Shown: positions 40,342-49,878, counted from the first letter of the stretch. The stretch: 64,000 bases of DNA from Bacillota bacterium (GCA_021847575.1 JAJZQO010000007.1:430-64429), one strand, 5' to 3'. A program made the numbers and translations. The notes: generated by a model not told the origin, from the letters alone.

Positions 40342-40852
40342 CGGGCGTCGCCTCCCCCATGCGGCCCGCCGCGAGCTCGACCGCATGGATGATCTGTTCG
40401 TAGCCGGTGCAGCGGCACAGATGACCGGAGAGCGCTTCCCGGATCTCCTCGCGCCCCGGCGCCGGCGTGTCGCGCAGCAGAGCCGCGCCCGCCATGAGCA
40501 TGCCTGGCGTGCAGAAGCCGCATTGCACCGCGCCCGCCTCCACGGCAGCGGTCTGCAGCGGATGGAACGCCGCGGCTCCCTCTCCCGGGCGCTCCCTGCC
40601 CCACCAGCCGGCCAGCCCCTCGATCGTGACGACGTCGCGCCCCTCGACCGTCTTCGCCAGGGTGACGCACGACAGCCGCGGCACCCCGTCGAGCCAAACG
40701 GTGCAGGTGCCGCAGCTGCCAACGGCACAGCCGTCCTTGGTGCCGTGCAGGTGGAGCTGCTCGCGCAGCACCTCGAGCAGAGTCGCCTCGTCGCTCACCA
40801 CAAGGTGGTGTTCACGTCCATTGACCCGTAGCCGCATGACCGATTCCGCCAT
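40331..40852 (-). CDS. hcrC: 2[2Fe-2S] small subunit, xanthine oxidase family
   Basis: GTKDGC..G.CGTC, QCGFCTPG, CRCTGY. Confidence 0.8.
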   Translation of the reverse strand: MAESVMRLRVNGREHHLVVSDEATLLEVLREQLHLHGTKDGCAVGSCGTCTVWLDGVPRLSCVTLAKTVEGRDVVTIEGLAGWWGRERPGEGAAAFHPLQTAAVEAGAVQCGFCTPGMLMAGAALLRDTPAPGREEIREALSGHLCRCTGYEQIIHAVELAAGRMGEATPDEA

Positions 40853-40914
40853 GGCGCAAACCTCCGCACCTTCAGGCTAGCTATGACATGTGACAGCAAC
40901 TTGATCTGTTCAAC

Positions 40915-40951
40915 TGATTCTTGTCACATACCGGCCAATCGGCCAGAATCA
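40915..40951. promoter_or_regulatory. Candidate PaaX-type operator upstream of the long minus-strand operon
   Basis: TGATTC-N25-GAATCA inverted repeat, 63 bp upstream of the hcrC start. Confidence 0.45.
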
Positions 40952-41156
40952 CTTGCGTCATCTGGATTGGTCCGTTTGCTTCACGACTGTTGGCCGAGTC
41001 ATGGCGCCGCGCCGTGCCGTCCACGGGCCGCAGGTGGGTCGCCAAGCGCCCGGGGTGGCACAATCTGCCCACCTCGACGATGCAAATGCATCATGGCGCC
41101 GACCACGTGGCCCTTGTTACATTGGCTTCGAACGGACATTCGATTGAACCCGGGGA

Positions 41157-41561
41157 GTGATGCATCGCATGGCTGCGCTGACCACCCTGCTCGACGAGCA
41201 CCAGACCCTGCGCCCGTTCCTCGGGCGTCTGCGCACCGCCGCGGAGACCGGCACCGACGACGAGATCGGCCAGGCGGTCGCCGCCGCCGAGCGGGCGCTC
41301 TGCCAGGACCTTGACAGGCACATCGACCTCGAGGACCACGAGTTCTTTCCAGAGATCGCCGATCTCTTGCACGCTTCGATCGTGGAGCCGTTCGTCGAGG
41401 ACCACCGCGCGATCGAGCAGGCGCGCGACGCCCTCTACCTGCAGACGGCCCAAGGCGACGATCTGCGCCGCAAGTGCATCACGCTGTGCAGCCTGCTCGA
41501 AAGCCATCTCCTGCGCGAGGAGGAGATGCTCTTCCCGATGTACCGCAGCGCGCAGGCCTAG
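41157..41561 (+). CDS. Hemerythrin HHE-domain protein
   Basis: LLDEH, HIDLED..FFP, EDH, HLLREEEMLFP. Confidence 0.85.
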   Translation: MMHRMAALTTLLDEHQTLRPFLGRLRTAAETGTDDEIGQAVAAAERALCQDLDRHIDLEDHEFFPEIADLLHASIVEPFVEDHRAIEQARDALYLQTAQGDDLRRKCITLCSLLESHLLREEEMLFPMYRSAQA

Positions 41562-42298
41562 GCGCACGGAGTGCCGTCATCCGTCGGCGGGCGAGGCCCC
41601 TTCTGCTCGGCGCGAAGCCCCCACCTGGACGGCATGATCCGGCAGAGCCGCCGGAGCGACATGTTGCGAGGGCAGCCTGCGTCCTGGCAGGGCCGGGTTT
41701 GCGGAGCCGCTGCGGAAACCCGCGTGCCAAGGGTACGTGCCGGCCTGTTGCGTGCGGGTACCACGGGTACGGGCCGCAACGCCGTGAGCCATCCCGTCGC
41801 CGTAGGCTCCGCGGCAGCATCGCTTCCGCGAGGAACGCGCGGTCGCCATTCAGTTCTGGTTTGTGGGCCGGTTGGCGCCTCCCTGGACCTTTGGGCTGGT
41901 CCGACCGGGGTACCCCGTCGACACGTGCGACCTGCCGCTCCCGGCCCTGCGCTGACGGCACCGCGGCTCGCTGCCATCCGCCCGCAAACCCCTGCAGCAG
42001 CTCCATCCGGCCCTGCGCCGCGATCTCTCAGGTCGCCGGGCAGACCGCAACCTCAGCGCAGGCCGTTCAGGCCTCCACACCGCACCGTCAGGCGTCGCTG
42101 CGGCCCGTGCAAAAACACCACTTGTGAGACATGCGAGACATGTGCTAACTTTCTTGTCACAGGACTCAATGTACCACATCGTGCCGAATGATCGGCCACC
42201 TTGCTTTTGCGCTCGCAAGTCCCGAGTCGAACTGGTCGATGCGTGTCCCCCCTTCACCATTGAGGCTCTCTCGCAGAGACAGGAAGGCGGTGTACGCG

Positions 42299-43027
42299 GT
42301 GTATCCACGCCAGAGTCCCGACGAGGGCGAACTTGTCCCCCTGGACACGCTGGCCAGGATATTCGAGCATACGGCGGTCGGGGTGATGGGATTCGACCCC
42401 TCGGGCAGGGTACTGCTCTGGAACAAGACCGCCAGCGACCTCTTCGGCTATTCGACGCAGCAGGTCATGACCCACCGCTGCTTCGAGCTCGTCAACGGCT
42501 GCGACGCGCGCGGCAATCTGCTGTGCCATGCCGGCTGTTCGATCATGCTGATGTTCCGGCACGGACGGCCGCCCAACGACTATCTGCTGCGCGCCCAGTC
42601 CGCAGACGAGCGCAGCCTCCTGCTCAATGTGAGCACGGTCTTCGTCGACACCGAGACCTCCCCCGTATGCCTGCACCTCTTCCATGACGTGCACTGGATG
42701 GGCGAAGCGCCTGCCGGGGAGCCCAGGCGCCAGCCGGAGGCGGCGACGTCGCCGCTGATCACCTTGACGGCCCGCGAGCGGGAGATCCTGCAGCTCATGG
42801 TCGAGGGACGCGACTCCCACGAGATGCAGAAGCTCCTGCACATCAGCTACGCGACTGTGCGCAACCACATCCAAAACATTTTGGACAAGCTGGAGGTGCA
42901 CACGCGCGTCGCGGCCGTTGTGGTCGCCATGCGCGAGAACCTGGTGGAGGATCCGACGCGCCTCGAGCACAAGGTCCGGCAGGCTGAGGCCGTGGTCCCG
43001 CCTGCAGGCTACCCGACGCCCAAGTAG
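42299..43027 (+). CDS. PAS + LuxR-HTH transcription regulator with Cys-rich PAS; start uncertain
   Basis: WNKTASDLFGY PAS; C-X6-C-X7-C-X3-C; LTAREREIL..TVRNHIQNILDKL. Confidence 0.85.
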   Translation: MYPRQSPDEGELVPLDTLARIFEHTAVGVMGFDPSGRVLLWNKTASDLFGYSTQQVMTHRCFELVNGCDARGNLLCHAGCSIMLMFRHGRPPNDYLLRAQSADERSLLLNVSTVFVDTETSPVCLHLFHDVHWMGEAPAGEPRRQPEAATSPLITLTAREREILQLMVEGRDSHEMQKLLHISYATVRNHIQNILDKLEVHTRVAAVVVAMRENLVEDPTRLEHKVRQAEAVVPPAGYPTPK

Positions 43028-43710
43028 CCCTCGGCCAGCAGGTGCCCCGCCTCCCCCGGCGTGCCCTCGAACGTCATCTTGCCGCTCTGCAGCACATATA
43101 CGCGGTCGGCGAGTTCGAGCGCCCCTGGCGTGTTCTGCTCGGCCAGCAGGATCGTCATCCCCTCGCCCTTCAGGCGGTGCAGCGTCTCGAAGACGTCCTG
43201 CACAGCGCGCGGCGCGAGGCCGAGACTCGGCTCGTCGAGCAGCAGGACCTGCGGCTTGGCCATCAGAGCCCGCCCGATCGCCAGCATCTGCTGCTCGCCG
43301 CCGGACAGCCACCGGGCCGCCCGGCGGCGGTGCTTCTTCAGACCGGGAAAGATCTCGAACATGCCCTCGATCTCCTGCTGCAGGCCCTTGCGGTCGTGGC
43401 GGTGGTAGGCGCCGAGCGCGAGGTTCTCCTCCGCCGTGAGCGATCCGAAGATCTGGCGCCGCTCCGGCACCAGCGCGACCCCGCGGCTGACGCGCCGGTA
43501 CGCCGGCAGCCTGGCGATGTCGCTGCCATCGAGACACACCTGTCCCGTCGGCGACCCGAACAGGCCCATGATCGTACCGAGCATGGTCGACTTGCCGGCC
43601 CCGTTCGGTCCGAGCAGCGCGACCACCTCGCTGCCCTGCAGGTGAAGACCACAGCCGTGCAGCACCTGCAAGCGGCCCCGCCTCGTCGTCAGTCCCGCCA
43701 CCTCGAGCAT
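43009..43710 (-). CDS. livF: Branched-chain/aromatic acid ABC transporter ATPase
   Basis: GPNGAGKS, LSGGEQQMLAIGRALM, DEPSLGLAP. Confidence 0.88.
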   Translation of the reverse strand: MLEVAGLTTRRGRLQVLHGCGLHLQGSEVVALLGPNGAGKSTMLGTIMGLFGSPTGQVCLDGSDIARLPAYRRVSRGVALVPERRQIFGSLTAEENLALGAYHRHDRKGLQQEIEGMFEIFPGLKKHRRRAARWLSGGEQQMLAIGRALMAKPQVLLLDEPSLGLAPRAVQDVFETLHRLKGEGMTILLAEQNTPGALELADRVYVLQSGKMTFEGTPGEAGHLLAEGYLGVG

Positions 43711-44519
43711 CACTGCGCCATCCCTCCCTGGCCTGCCGCCCGCTCCTGCCCGGCCTCCCGACCGAGGTAGACGCGGCGGACGTTCTCGTCCCGCTGCACC
43801 TCTGCCGGGGTGCCCTCCGCGATCAGGCGTCCTTCCGCCAGGACGACGATGCGGTCCGCGACGGCGAGGACGCTCGGCAGGTCGTGCTCCACGAGCAGCA
43901 CGGCGCGTCCCGCGCCGCGGATCTGGCGGATGAGGCCCAGGACGACGCCCGCCTCTTCGCGCGTCAAGCCCGAGAGAGGCTCGTCGAGCAGCAGGACCCG
44001 CGGGTCGAGCGCGAGGGCCCGGTAGATCTCGAGCAGGCGCTGGTGACCGAACGGCAGGTCTCCGGCCAGCCGTCCGCCCTCGTCGCGCAGCAGGCTGTCC
44101 CGCAGGAGCCGGTCGGCCTCCTCGCCCGCCCGCGCCTCGCATCGCCGGGCGCTTGGCAGGCCGAGGCCCACCGCGATGAGCCACGGGGTCTGGCGCGAGA
44201 GGATGGCCGCCAGCATGTTCTCGCGCACGGTGATCTGCGGAAAGATCTCCGGCGTCTGCAGCGTGCGGGCTATTCCCGCGCGCGCGATGCGATGCGTCGT
44301 CCAGCCGCTGACCGACGCCCCCGACAGCTTCACGTCGCCGTGCGAGAGCGGCACGAGCGCCGTGAGGGCATTGAAGAGCGTCGTCTTGCCTGCGCCGTTC
44401 GGGCCGATGACGCCGAGCACCTCGCCGGCCCTGACGCGGAAGCTCACGTCGTCCACGGCGACGATGCCACCGAAGGCGACCGTCACACCCTCCACTTCGA
44501 GCAGCCACTCGGTCTGCAT
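43710..44519 (-). CDS. livG: Branched-chain/aromatic acid ABC transporter ATPase
   Basis: GPNGAGKTT, LPFGHQRLLE, VEHD, YLG. Confidence 0.88.
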   Translation of the reverse strand: MQTEWLLEVEGVTVAFGGIVAVDDVSFRVRAGEVLGVIGPNGAGKTTLFNALTALVPLSHGDVKLSGASVSGWTTHRIARAGIARTLQTPEIFPQITVRENMLAAILSRQTPWLIAVGLGLPSARRCEARAGEEADRLLRDSLLRDEGGRLAGDLPFGHQRLLEIYRALALDPRVLLLDEPLSGLTREEAGVVLGLIRQIRGAGRAVLLVEHDLPSVLAVADRIVVLAEGRLIAEGTPAEVQRDENVRRVYLGREAGQERAAGQGGMAQ

Positions 44520-44537
44520 GGGGCCACCTCCGCGCTG

Positions 44538-45416
44538 TCAGACCCGGCGGTTCAAGGACGTGCCCAGGATGCCCTGGGGACGCACCAGCAGCATGATGAG
44601 CAGCACTGCGAACGCGACCCCGTCGGCCCAGTCGCTCGAGATGTAGCCGGCCGAGAGGCTGGTCACGATGCCGAGCGCGATGCCGCCCACGGCGGCGCCC
44701 GGCAGGCTGTCGAGGCCGCCGAGAATGGCGCCCACGAACCCGTAGAGTCCCAGTTCCAGCCCCATGTTCGTGTTGGCCATCGTCATCGGCGCAAAGACGA
44801 CCCCGCCGAAAGCCCCGATCGCCGCCGCGAGCACCCACGCGTAAAGTCCGAAGCGCAGCGGGTTCATGCCGTAGAGGCGGGCCGCGGTGGGATTGTCCAT
44901 CGCCGCCGTCATGCCCTGGCCGAAATAGGTGCGCTCCAGCAGGAAGTAGAGCAGCGCCGCCACGATCACCACCGCGCCGAAGATCCACAGGTTCTGGGTC
45001 GGCACGACCGCGCCCAGCACATGCAGCACGCCGTTGCCCGAGAACGCCTGCACCGCGACGGGGTTGACGCCCCATACCAAGGTGCCGAGGCCGCGCAGGG
45101 CGGTGTCGAGGCCGAGCGTGATGAAGATGAGCGTGAGCACCGAAGCCTGGGCGGCGGGGTACATCACGAACCGCCCGATCGCCGCGCCCACCGCCGCCGC
45201 GATCGCCACCGCGACCACAAGGGCCGGCACGAGCGGGATACCGTGGCTCTGCAACAGCCAGAACGACATGGATCCGATCATGGCGAACTCGCCCTGGGCG
45301 AAGTTGATCACGCCGGTCACCTTGTAGATGAGGGAGAAGCCGATCGCGACGAGCGCATAGACGCTGCCCATCCCGATCCCCGCCAAGACCAGTTGCAAAA
45401 GCGTCGCCATGCCCAT
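44538..45416 (-). CDS. livH: ABC transporter permease
   Basis: YALVAIGFSLIY..TGVINFAQGE, ILGG. Confidence 0.88.
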   Translation of the reverse strand: MGMATLLQLVLAGIGMGSVYALVAIGFSLIYKVTGVINFAQGEFAMIGSMSFWLLQSHGIPLVPALVVAVAIAAAVGAAIGRFVMYPAAQASVLTLIFITLGLDTALRGLGTLVWGVNPVAVQAFSGNGVLHVLGAVVPTQNLWIFGAVVIVAALLYFLLERTYFGQGMTAAMDNPTAARLYGMNPLRFGLYAWVLAAAIGAFGGVVFAPMTMANTNMGLELGLYGFVGAILGGLDSLPGAAVGGIALGIVTSLSAGYISSDWADGVAFAVLLIMLLVRPQGILGTSLNRRV

Positions 45417-45422
45417 CCCCCC

Positions 45423-46466
45423 CTAGGACCGCTGCGCGCCATCAACCACTTGGCCCCCATCGCGCTCGTGCCCGTCCACGCTTTGCAAGGGCAGTTGCGG
45501 GCCGGCGGTTCGCCGCGCGCGCGAGCGCGCCCCGAGGCCCGTCACGAGCCCTTCCGGCCAGTAGATCATGATGACCACCAGCGCCAGGCCGTAAATGGTG
45601 AGCTGCAAGGCCCCGCTCGTGGCCGGAGCGAGACTGGCGCCCGCAAACTTCAGGATCTGGTTGATCGCCTCGACGCCGGCGGCACCCAGCACGGCCCCGA
45701 CTACGCTGCGCAGTCCGCCCACGACCGCCATCAGCACCAGATTGATGGACAGCGCGAACGTGAAGACGGTCGGGTCGATGTAGCCCTCCCAGCTCGCGTA
45801 GATGCCGCCCGCGGCGGCTGCGAGCACGGCGGAGACGATGAAGGCCTGCCGCTTGACGGTGGCCGGGTCGGCACCCATCAGGGCTGTGGCCACTTCGCTC
45901 GAGCGCACCGCCTCGAGCAGGCTGCCCGTGCCGGAACGCACGAGCCGGTTGGTGAACCAGCTGCCGAGCGCCACTGCGCCCCAGGTGAGGGCGAGAAAGC
46001 CGATCGCGTTCAGGGTGAAGGCCGGGATGCCGTAGAGACCGGAGTTGCCGCCCGTGAGCGGCAGCTGCTGGAACGCGACGTCGGCGATGATGCCGAAGGC
46101 GAGCGTCGCCAACGCAAGGTAGTGCTGCATCAGATGAAGCGCGAGCACGCCGAGCAGCCAGGCGGCGGCGGCGGCCAGCACCATGCCGAGGACGAGACCG
46201 ATCCAGGGCGCAAGGCCGAAGTGCGTGCTGGCTATGCCGACGGCATATGCGCCGATACCGAAAAATCCCGCCTGCCCGAGCGACACCTGGCCGGCGTAGC
46301 CCATGAACAGGTTCAGGCCGATGACCACGAGCGTGTACATGCCGACCAGTGTCAACTCGCTGACCCAGTACGGGCCGACGACGAGGCCCAGCGCGAGGGG
46401 TATGGCGAGCACCAGGAGGGCTTGCACGGCCGGATTGCGGGCAGTTCCCAACAGCTGTCGCGACAC
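45423..46466 (-). CDS. livM: ABC transporter permease
   Basis: GYAGQVSLGQAGFFGIGAY, YLALATLAFG, VVGG. Confidence 0.88.
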   Translation of the reverse strand: MSRQLLGTARNPAVQALLVLAIPLALGLVVGPYWVSELTLVGMYTLVVIGLNLFMGYAGQVSLGQAGFFGIGAYAVGIASTHFGLAPWIGLVLGMVLAAAAAWLLGVLALHLMQHYLALATLAFGIIADVAFQQLPLTGGNSGLYGIPAFTLNAIGFLALTWGAVALGSWFTNRLVRSGTGSLLEAVRSSEVATALMGADPATVKRQAFIVSAVLAAAAGGIYASWEGYIDPTVFTFALSINLVLMAVVGGLRSVVGAVLGAAGVEAINQILKFAGASLAPATSGALQLTIYGLALVVIMIYWPEGLVTGLGARSRARRTAGPQLPLQSVDGHERDGGQVVDGAQRS

Positions 46467-46605
46467 GGTTTGACCACCTGCCCATCACCCGGACAAAAAC
46501 GGCGCGGGGTAGATTCGGCGGAGCCTGCGAGCCGCGCCTTTCCATCCCCGCCGTCATCAGGGCGCTATTGCGTCGGAGGGAAGCAGCGTCCGGCGGCAGG
46601 GGTTT

Positions 46606-46634
46606 AGGGGGACCTGGCCATGCCCGGTCCCCCT
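46606..46634 (-). terminator. Hairpin after the binding-protein gene (terminator or mRNA stabiliser)
   Basis: AGGGGGACC/GGTCCCCCT inverted repeat 5 nt after the stop; no strong U tract. Confidence 0.45.
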
Positions 46635-46638
46635 CCCC

Positions 46639-47874
46639 TCACTCGTTCGCGCCAGTGAAGCCCGGCACCAGGGTCCACTTCTGGTTCTGCACCTGCAGCA
46701 GCACCTCGGAGGTCGGGTCGAGACCGCTGTGGTCTTGCGGCGTCAGGTGCATCACGCCCGTGACACCGTCGTAGTTGAGGTGCTCGAGCGCGCCCCGCAC
46801 GCTGGCCGGGGTTGCGCCTTTGCCAGCCGCGGCGATGGCGTCCTTGAACATGTAGACCGCGTCGTAGCCGAAAGCGCCGAACATGTTGGCAGGTCCTGCG
46901 GACGTGCTGGCGTACGCCTGGTCATAGCTCTTGACGTACTTCTCGATGATCGACTTCTGCGGGTCGCTGTTCGGCAGGCTACTGGCGACGAAGATCTTGG
47001 TGCTCGCCACGAAGTCGCCGTTCACGGCGTTGCCCGCGAGCGTCAGGAAGACGTCGTTGCTCGCCCCGTCGGAGAAGAATATCGGCCACTTGAAGCCCAG
47101 AGAGGCGTAGCCCTTGGCGATCGTGTCGGCCGAGGGCGGGACATCCCAGACGACGACGGCCTGCGGCGCCGGCGAGAAGTTCTTCAGCGCGGTGAGCGCC
47201 GGCGTGGCGTCCGTCGCCGTCATGTCGACGGGCACGCTGCCCACGACCTGGATACCCTGCGGCACGGCGTACTTCTGGAAGTCCGCGAGGCCGCCGGTGC
47301 CGTACGGGAAGTTGCCGTAGGCGAACGCGACGCGGCTGATGCCGTGCGCCTTGAAGTAGTTGATCATGACCTGCATGACGGTCGTGTCGACCGCCGGCAC
47401 CTTGAAGATCCACTGGCGCTGCGCCACAGGCTGCACGATCTCGGCGTCGGATGCCAGCGAGATGAGCGGGATCTTGGCCTGCGTCGCGATCGGGATGGCG
47501 ACCATCGTCGAGCCGGTGGAGGCGTCACCGATCAGTCCGATCGGGTGGTCCTGCACGAGCTGCTTGAACTGCTGGCCCGCCGTGGTCGGGTTCGTGCCGT
47601 TGTCGAGGGAGATGACCTTGAGCTTGCGACCGTTGACGCCGCCCGCGGCGTTGATCTGCTGTACGGCCAAGTTGATGCTGTTCAGCTCGGGAACACCGAG
47701 CGAGTCGTACGGCCCTGTCAGGGGCAAGTCGACGCCGAGCACGTAGGGACCCGTGGCAGTACTCTTCGCTGAAGTCGGAGCGGAGGAGCCGCAGCCTGCA
47801 AGGCTGATCGCGAGCCCTCCCGCAAGGGCTAGGCCCAATGCGGTACGCATCTTCTGGCTGGATCTGCTGGCCAA
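46639..47874 (-). CDS. ABC substrate-binding lipoprotein (LivK/aromatic acid-binding type)
   Basis: TTG start after GAGGTG; LAGC lipobox; INAAGGVNGRKL; FGYDAV. Confidence 0.85.
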   Translation of the reverse strand: MASRSSQKMRTALGLALAGGLAISLAGCGSSAPTSAKSTATGPYVLGVDLPLTGPYDSLGVPELNSINLAVQQINAAGGVNGRKLKVISLDNGTNPTTAGQQFKQLVQDHPIGLIGDASTGSTMVAIPIATQAKIPLISLASDAEIVQPVAQRQWIFKVPAVDTTVMQVMINYFKAHGISRVAFAYGNFPYGTGGLADFQKYAVPQGIQVVGSVPVDMTATDATPALTALKNFSPAPQAVVVWDVPPSADTIAKGYASLGFKWPIFFSDGASNDVFLTLAGNAVNGDFVASTKIFVASSLPNSDPQKSIIEKYVKSYDQAYASTSAGPANMFGAFGYDAVYMFKDAIAAAGKGATPASVRGALEHLNYDGVTGVMHLTPQDHSGLDPTSEVLLQVQNQKWTLVPGFTGANE

Positions 47875-48419
47875 CGTCGTCACCTCGTGATTTCCGCCGC
47901 GGTCTCTCTTTTTCAGGGGACAGACCGCGCCGAGTCTGACATCGGATCGTGGGTGAGTCGCCGAGCCTCGCCATTCGAGGGGGGCTGGATGCGCTACGCC
48001 GCAATTCCGATGTGCCTTGGGAAATTGCGCGGCGCTTGGGAGCAGGAATCTCGGCCCATAAAGTGCTGCTCGCGTTTCCATTGTGAAATGGCTCTCGCCT
48101 CCGCGTTTTAGCACTTTCAACGTGGAGGCTTTTCGACCCAGACCCTCGACAAAAGCTTCCGGCTATCACCTCGCTCGCCGGGACATACAGCTTTCGCTCA
48201 GTATACGAAGACGCGAAAGTGAGGTGGACCAACCGATGATCCTATCTCTTCTGAGGCGCTTGCCTCATCTTCCAAGTAGAGCTGATACCGGCCGGGCGGC
48301 GCCGGCCAGCTCCGGCGCGCGGGCCCGGCAAAGGGCCGACTCATGCAAACGGCCTAGGTGATTTGAGGTTTCTGCATCATTTCCGGCCCTCGGGGCGGCT
48401 CTACGATGAATTTGTCGAT

Positions 48420-48433
48420 CGAACGTCCGATTG
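48420..48433. promoter_or_regulatory. Candidate TetR (PaaR-like) operator
   Basis: CGAACGTCCGATTG, one mismatch to CNAACGNNCGTTNG, 30 bp upstream of tetR. Confidence 0.3.
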
Positions 48434-48462
48434 CCTCGGGGTCCAAGCAAGGGGGCGATGCG

Positions 48463-49074
48463 ATGGCGGGCTTCGACCAGAGGCGTGAGCAGGTTCTCGA
48501 CGGCTGTGCCCGCGCCTTTGCGCTCAAAGGCTACCAGGGGGCCTCCATCCGAGACATCGCGCGCGCGGTGCCGATGAGTGCGGGCGGCCTCTACCACTAT
48601 TGCTCCAACAAACAGGAGTTCCTCTACCAGGTATGCGACAGGGCCTTCCACAGCCTGATCGAGCGCCTCACGACGGGCCTCGACGGGATCGACGACCCGA
48701 GCGAGCGCGTGCACACCGTGTTCAAGTCGCATCTCGCCTACTTCCTCGAGCGTCCCGACGAGCTGATCACGCTCACGGAGGACCTGTCGTCGCTCGAGGC
48801 GCCGTGGGCTTCCCGCGTGCGCGTCCTGCAGCGCCAGTACTACGGCATCGTGTCCGACGTGCTCGCGCCGTTCGCAGTGCCAGGCGGGATCTCGCTGCGC
48901 GTCGCGACGATGAGCCTTTTCGGCATGATCAACTGGGTCCACACCTGGTACCGCCGCGGTGCCGACCCTGGCGCGGACGCTCTGGCGCGCCAGATGTCCG
49001 ATCTCTTCCTGAGCGGCTTCGCTGCCGCGGCGCCGGAGACGGCGAGAAGTGTGCAAGGAGGTAGCGAACGGTGA
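48463..49074 (+). CDS. TetR family regulator (KstR2/PaaR-like, probably acyl-CoA sensing)
   Basis: FALKGYQGASIRDIA..GGLYHY..NKQEFL; GMINWVHTWYR. Confidence 0.88.
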   Translation: MAGFDQRREQVLDGCARAFALKGYQGASIRDIARAVPMSAGGLYHYCSNKQEFLYQVCDRAFHSLIERLTTGLDGIDDPSERVHTVFKSHLAYFLERPDELITLTEDLSSLEAPWASRVRVLQRQYYGIVSDVLAPFAVPGGISLRVATMSLFGMINWVHTWYRRGADPGADALARQMSDLFLSGFAAAAPETARSVQGGSER

Positions 49075-49835
49075 TGGACGGCATCCGGACCGAGCGGTCG
49101 GCCCGCCTGATGACGGTGACGCTCTGCGAGCAGCCGCTCAACATCCTCGGGCGGCGCCACATCCTCGCCCTGAACGAACTGCTCGGCGAGCTCGCGGCGG
49201 ACCGGGACACGGACGTCCTGTGGCTCCGGGCCGAGGACACGCGGGCCTTCTGCGCGGGCGTCGCCATCGAGGATCACCTGCCGGACGTGGCCGCGGACAT
49301 GCTCGACGCGTTCCGCCGCCTCGGCGAGGCCTTCCTGCGCCTGCCGCAGGTGGTGGTCGCGGAGGTGTACGGGGCGGCACTCGGCGGCGGCTTCGAACTC
49401 GTGCTGCTCTCCGACCTCGTCGTGGCGGCGGACGATGTGAAGTTCGGCCTGCCGGAAGTCACGCTGGCCGCGACGCCGCCGATCGGCGCGGCGCTACTGC
49501 CCTTGCGCATCGGTTGGCAGGAGGCCGCGCGGGTCTGCCTGCTCGGCCAGACGGTCGACGGCGCCTGGGCGGAGCGCAGGGGCCTGGTTGCCGAGCTCGT
49601 GCCCCGCGCGCAGCTGCACGACGCGGCCCAAGCGGTCGTGACACGGCTGCTGGGCATGAGCGGCGCCGCGCTGCGCACGACCAAGCAGATCCTCGGCAGC
49701 GGCGCCCCGGCCACTGAGGCGGCGATGCAGAGCGGCTTTGCGATCTACGTGCGGGATCTCCTGCCCAGCCACGACAGCCGCGAGGGCATCGAGGCGTTTG
49801 TGGCCAGGCGGCCGCCCATCTGGACCCACCGCTGA
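49071..49835 (+). CDS. dch: Cyclohexa-1,5-diene-1-carbonyl-CoA hydratase
   Basis: Crotonase fold; PLNIL, FCAGVAIEDHLP, Y..DLL.SHD..EGI.AF; context. Confidence 0.8.
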   Translation: MMDGIRTERSARLMTVTLCEQPLNILGRRHILALNELLGELAADRDTDVLWLRAEDTRAFCAGVAIEDHLPDVAADMLDAFRRLGEAFLRLPQVVVAEVYGAALGGGFELVLLSDLVVAADDVKFGLPEVTLAATPPIGAALLPLRIGWQEAARVCLLGQTVDGAWAERRGLVAELVPRAQLHDAAQAVVTRLLGMSGAALRTTKQILGSGAPATEAAMQSGFAIYVRDLLPSHDSREGIEAFVARRPPIWTHR

Positions 49836-49878
49836 ACGAACGCGGCACGCACATCCGTCTGCTTGAGGAGGCATCACG

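Noticed and set aside
40901-40913. Proteobacterial FNR box-like TTGAT-CTG-TTCAA
   Set aside because: Spacer is 3 nt rather than 4, with a mismatch
41663-41677. Cobalamin-riboswitch-like GCTGCCCTCGCAAC on the minus strand
   Set aside because: Lacks the upstream GGGAA/T-loop and the B12 box; no suitable downstream gene
41754-41770. T-box-like GTGGTACC
   Set aside because: Does not match GGTGGNACCGCG; no terminator or amino-acid gene follows
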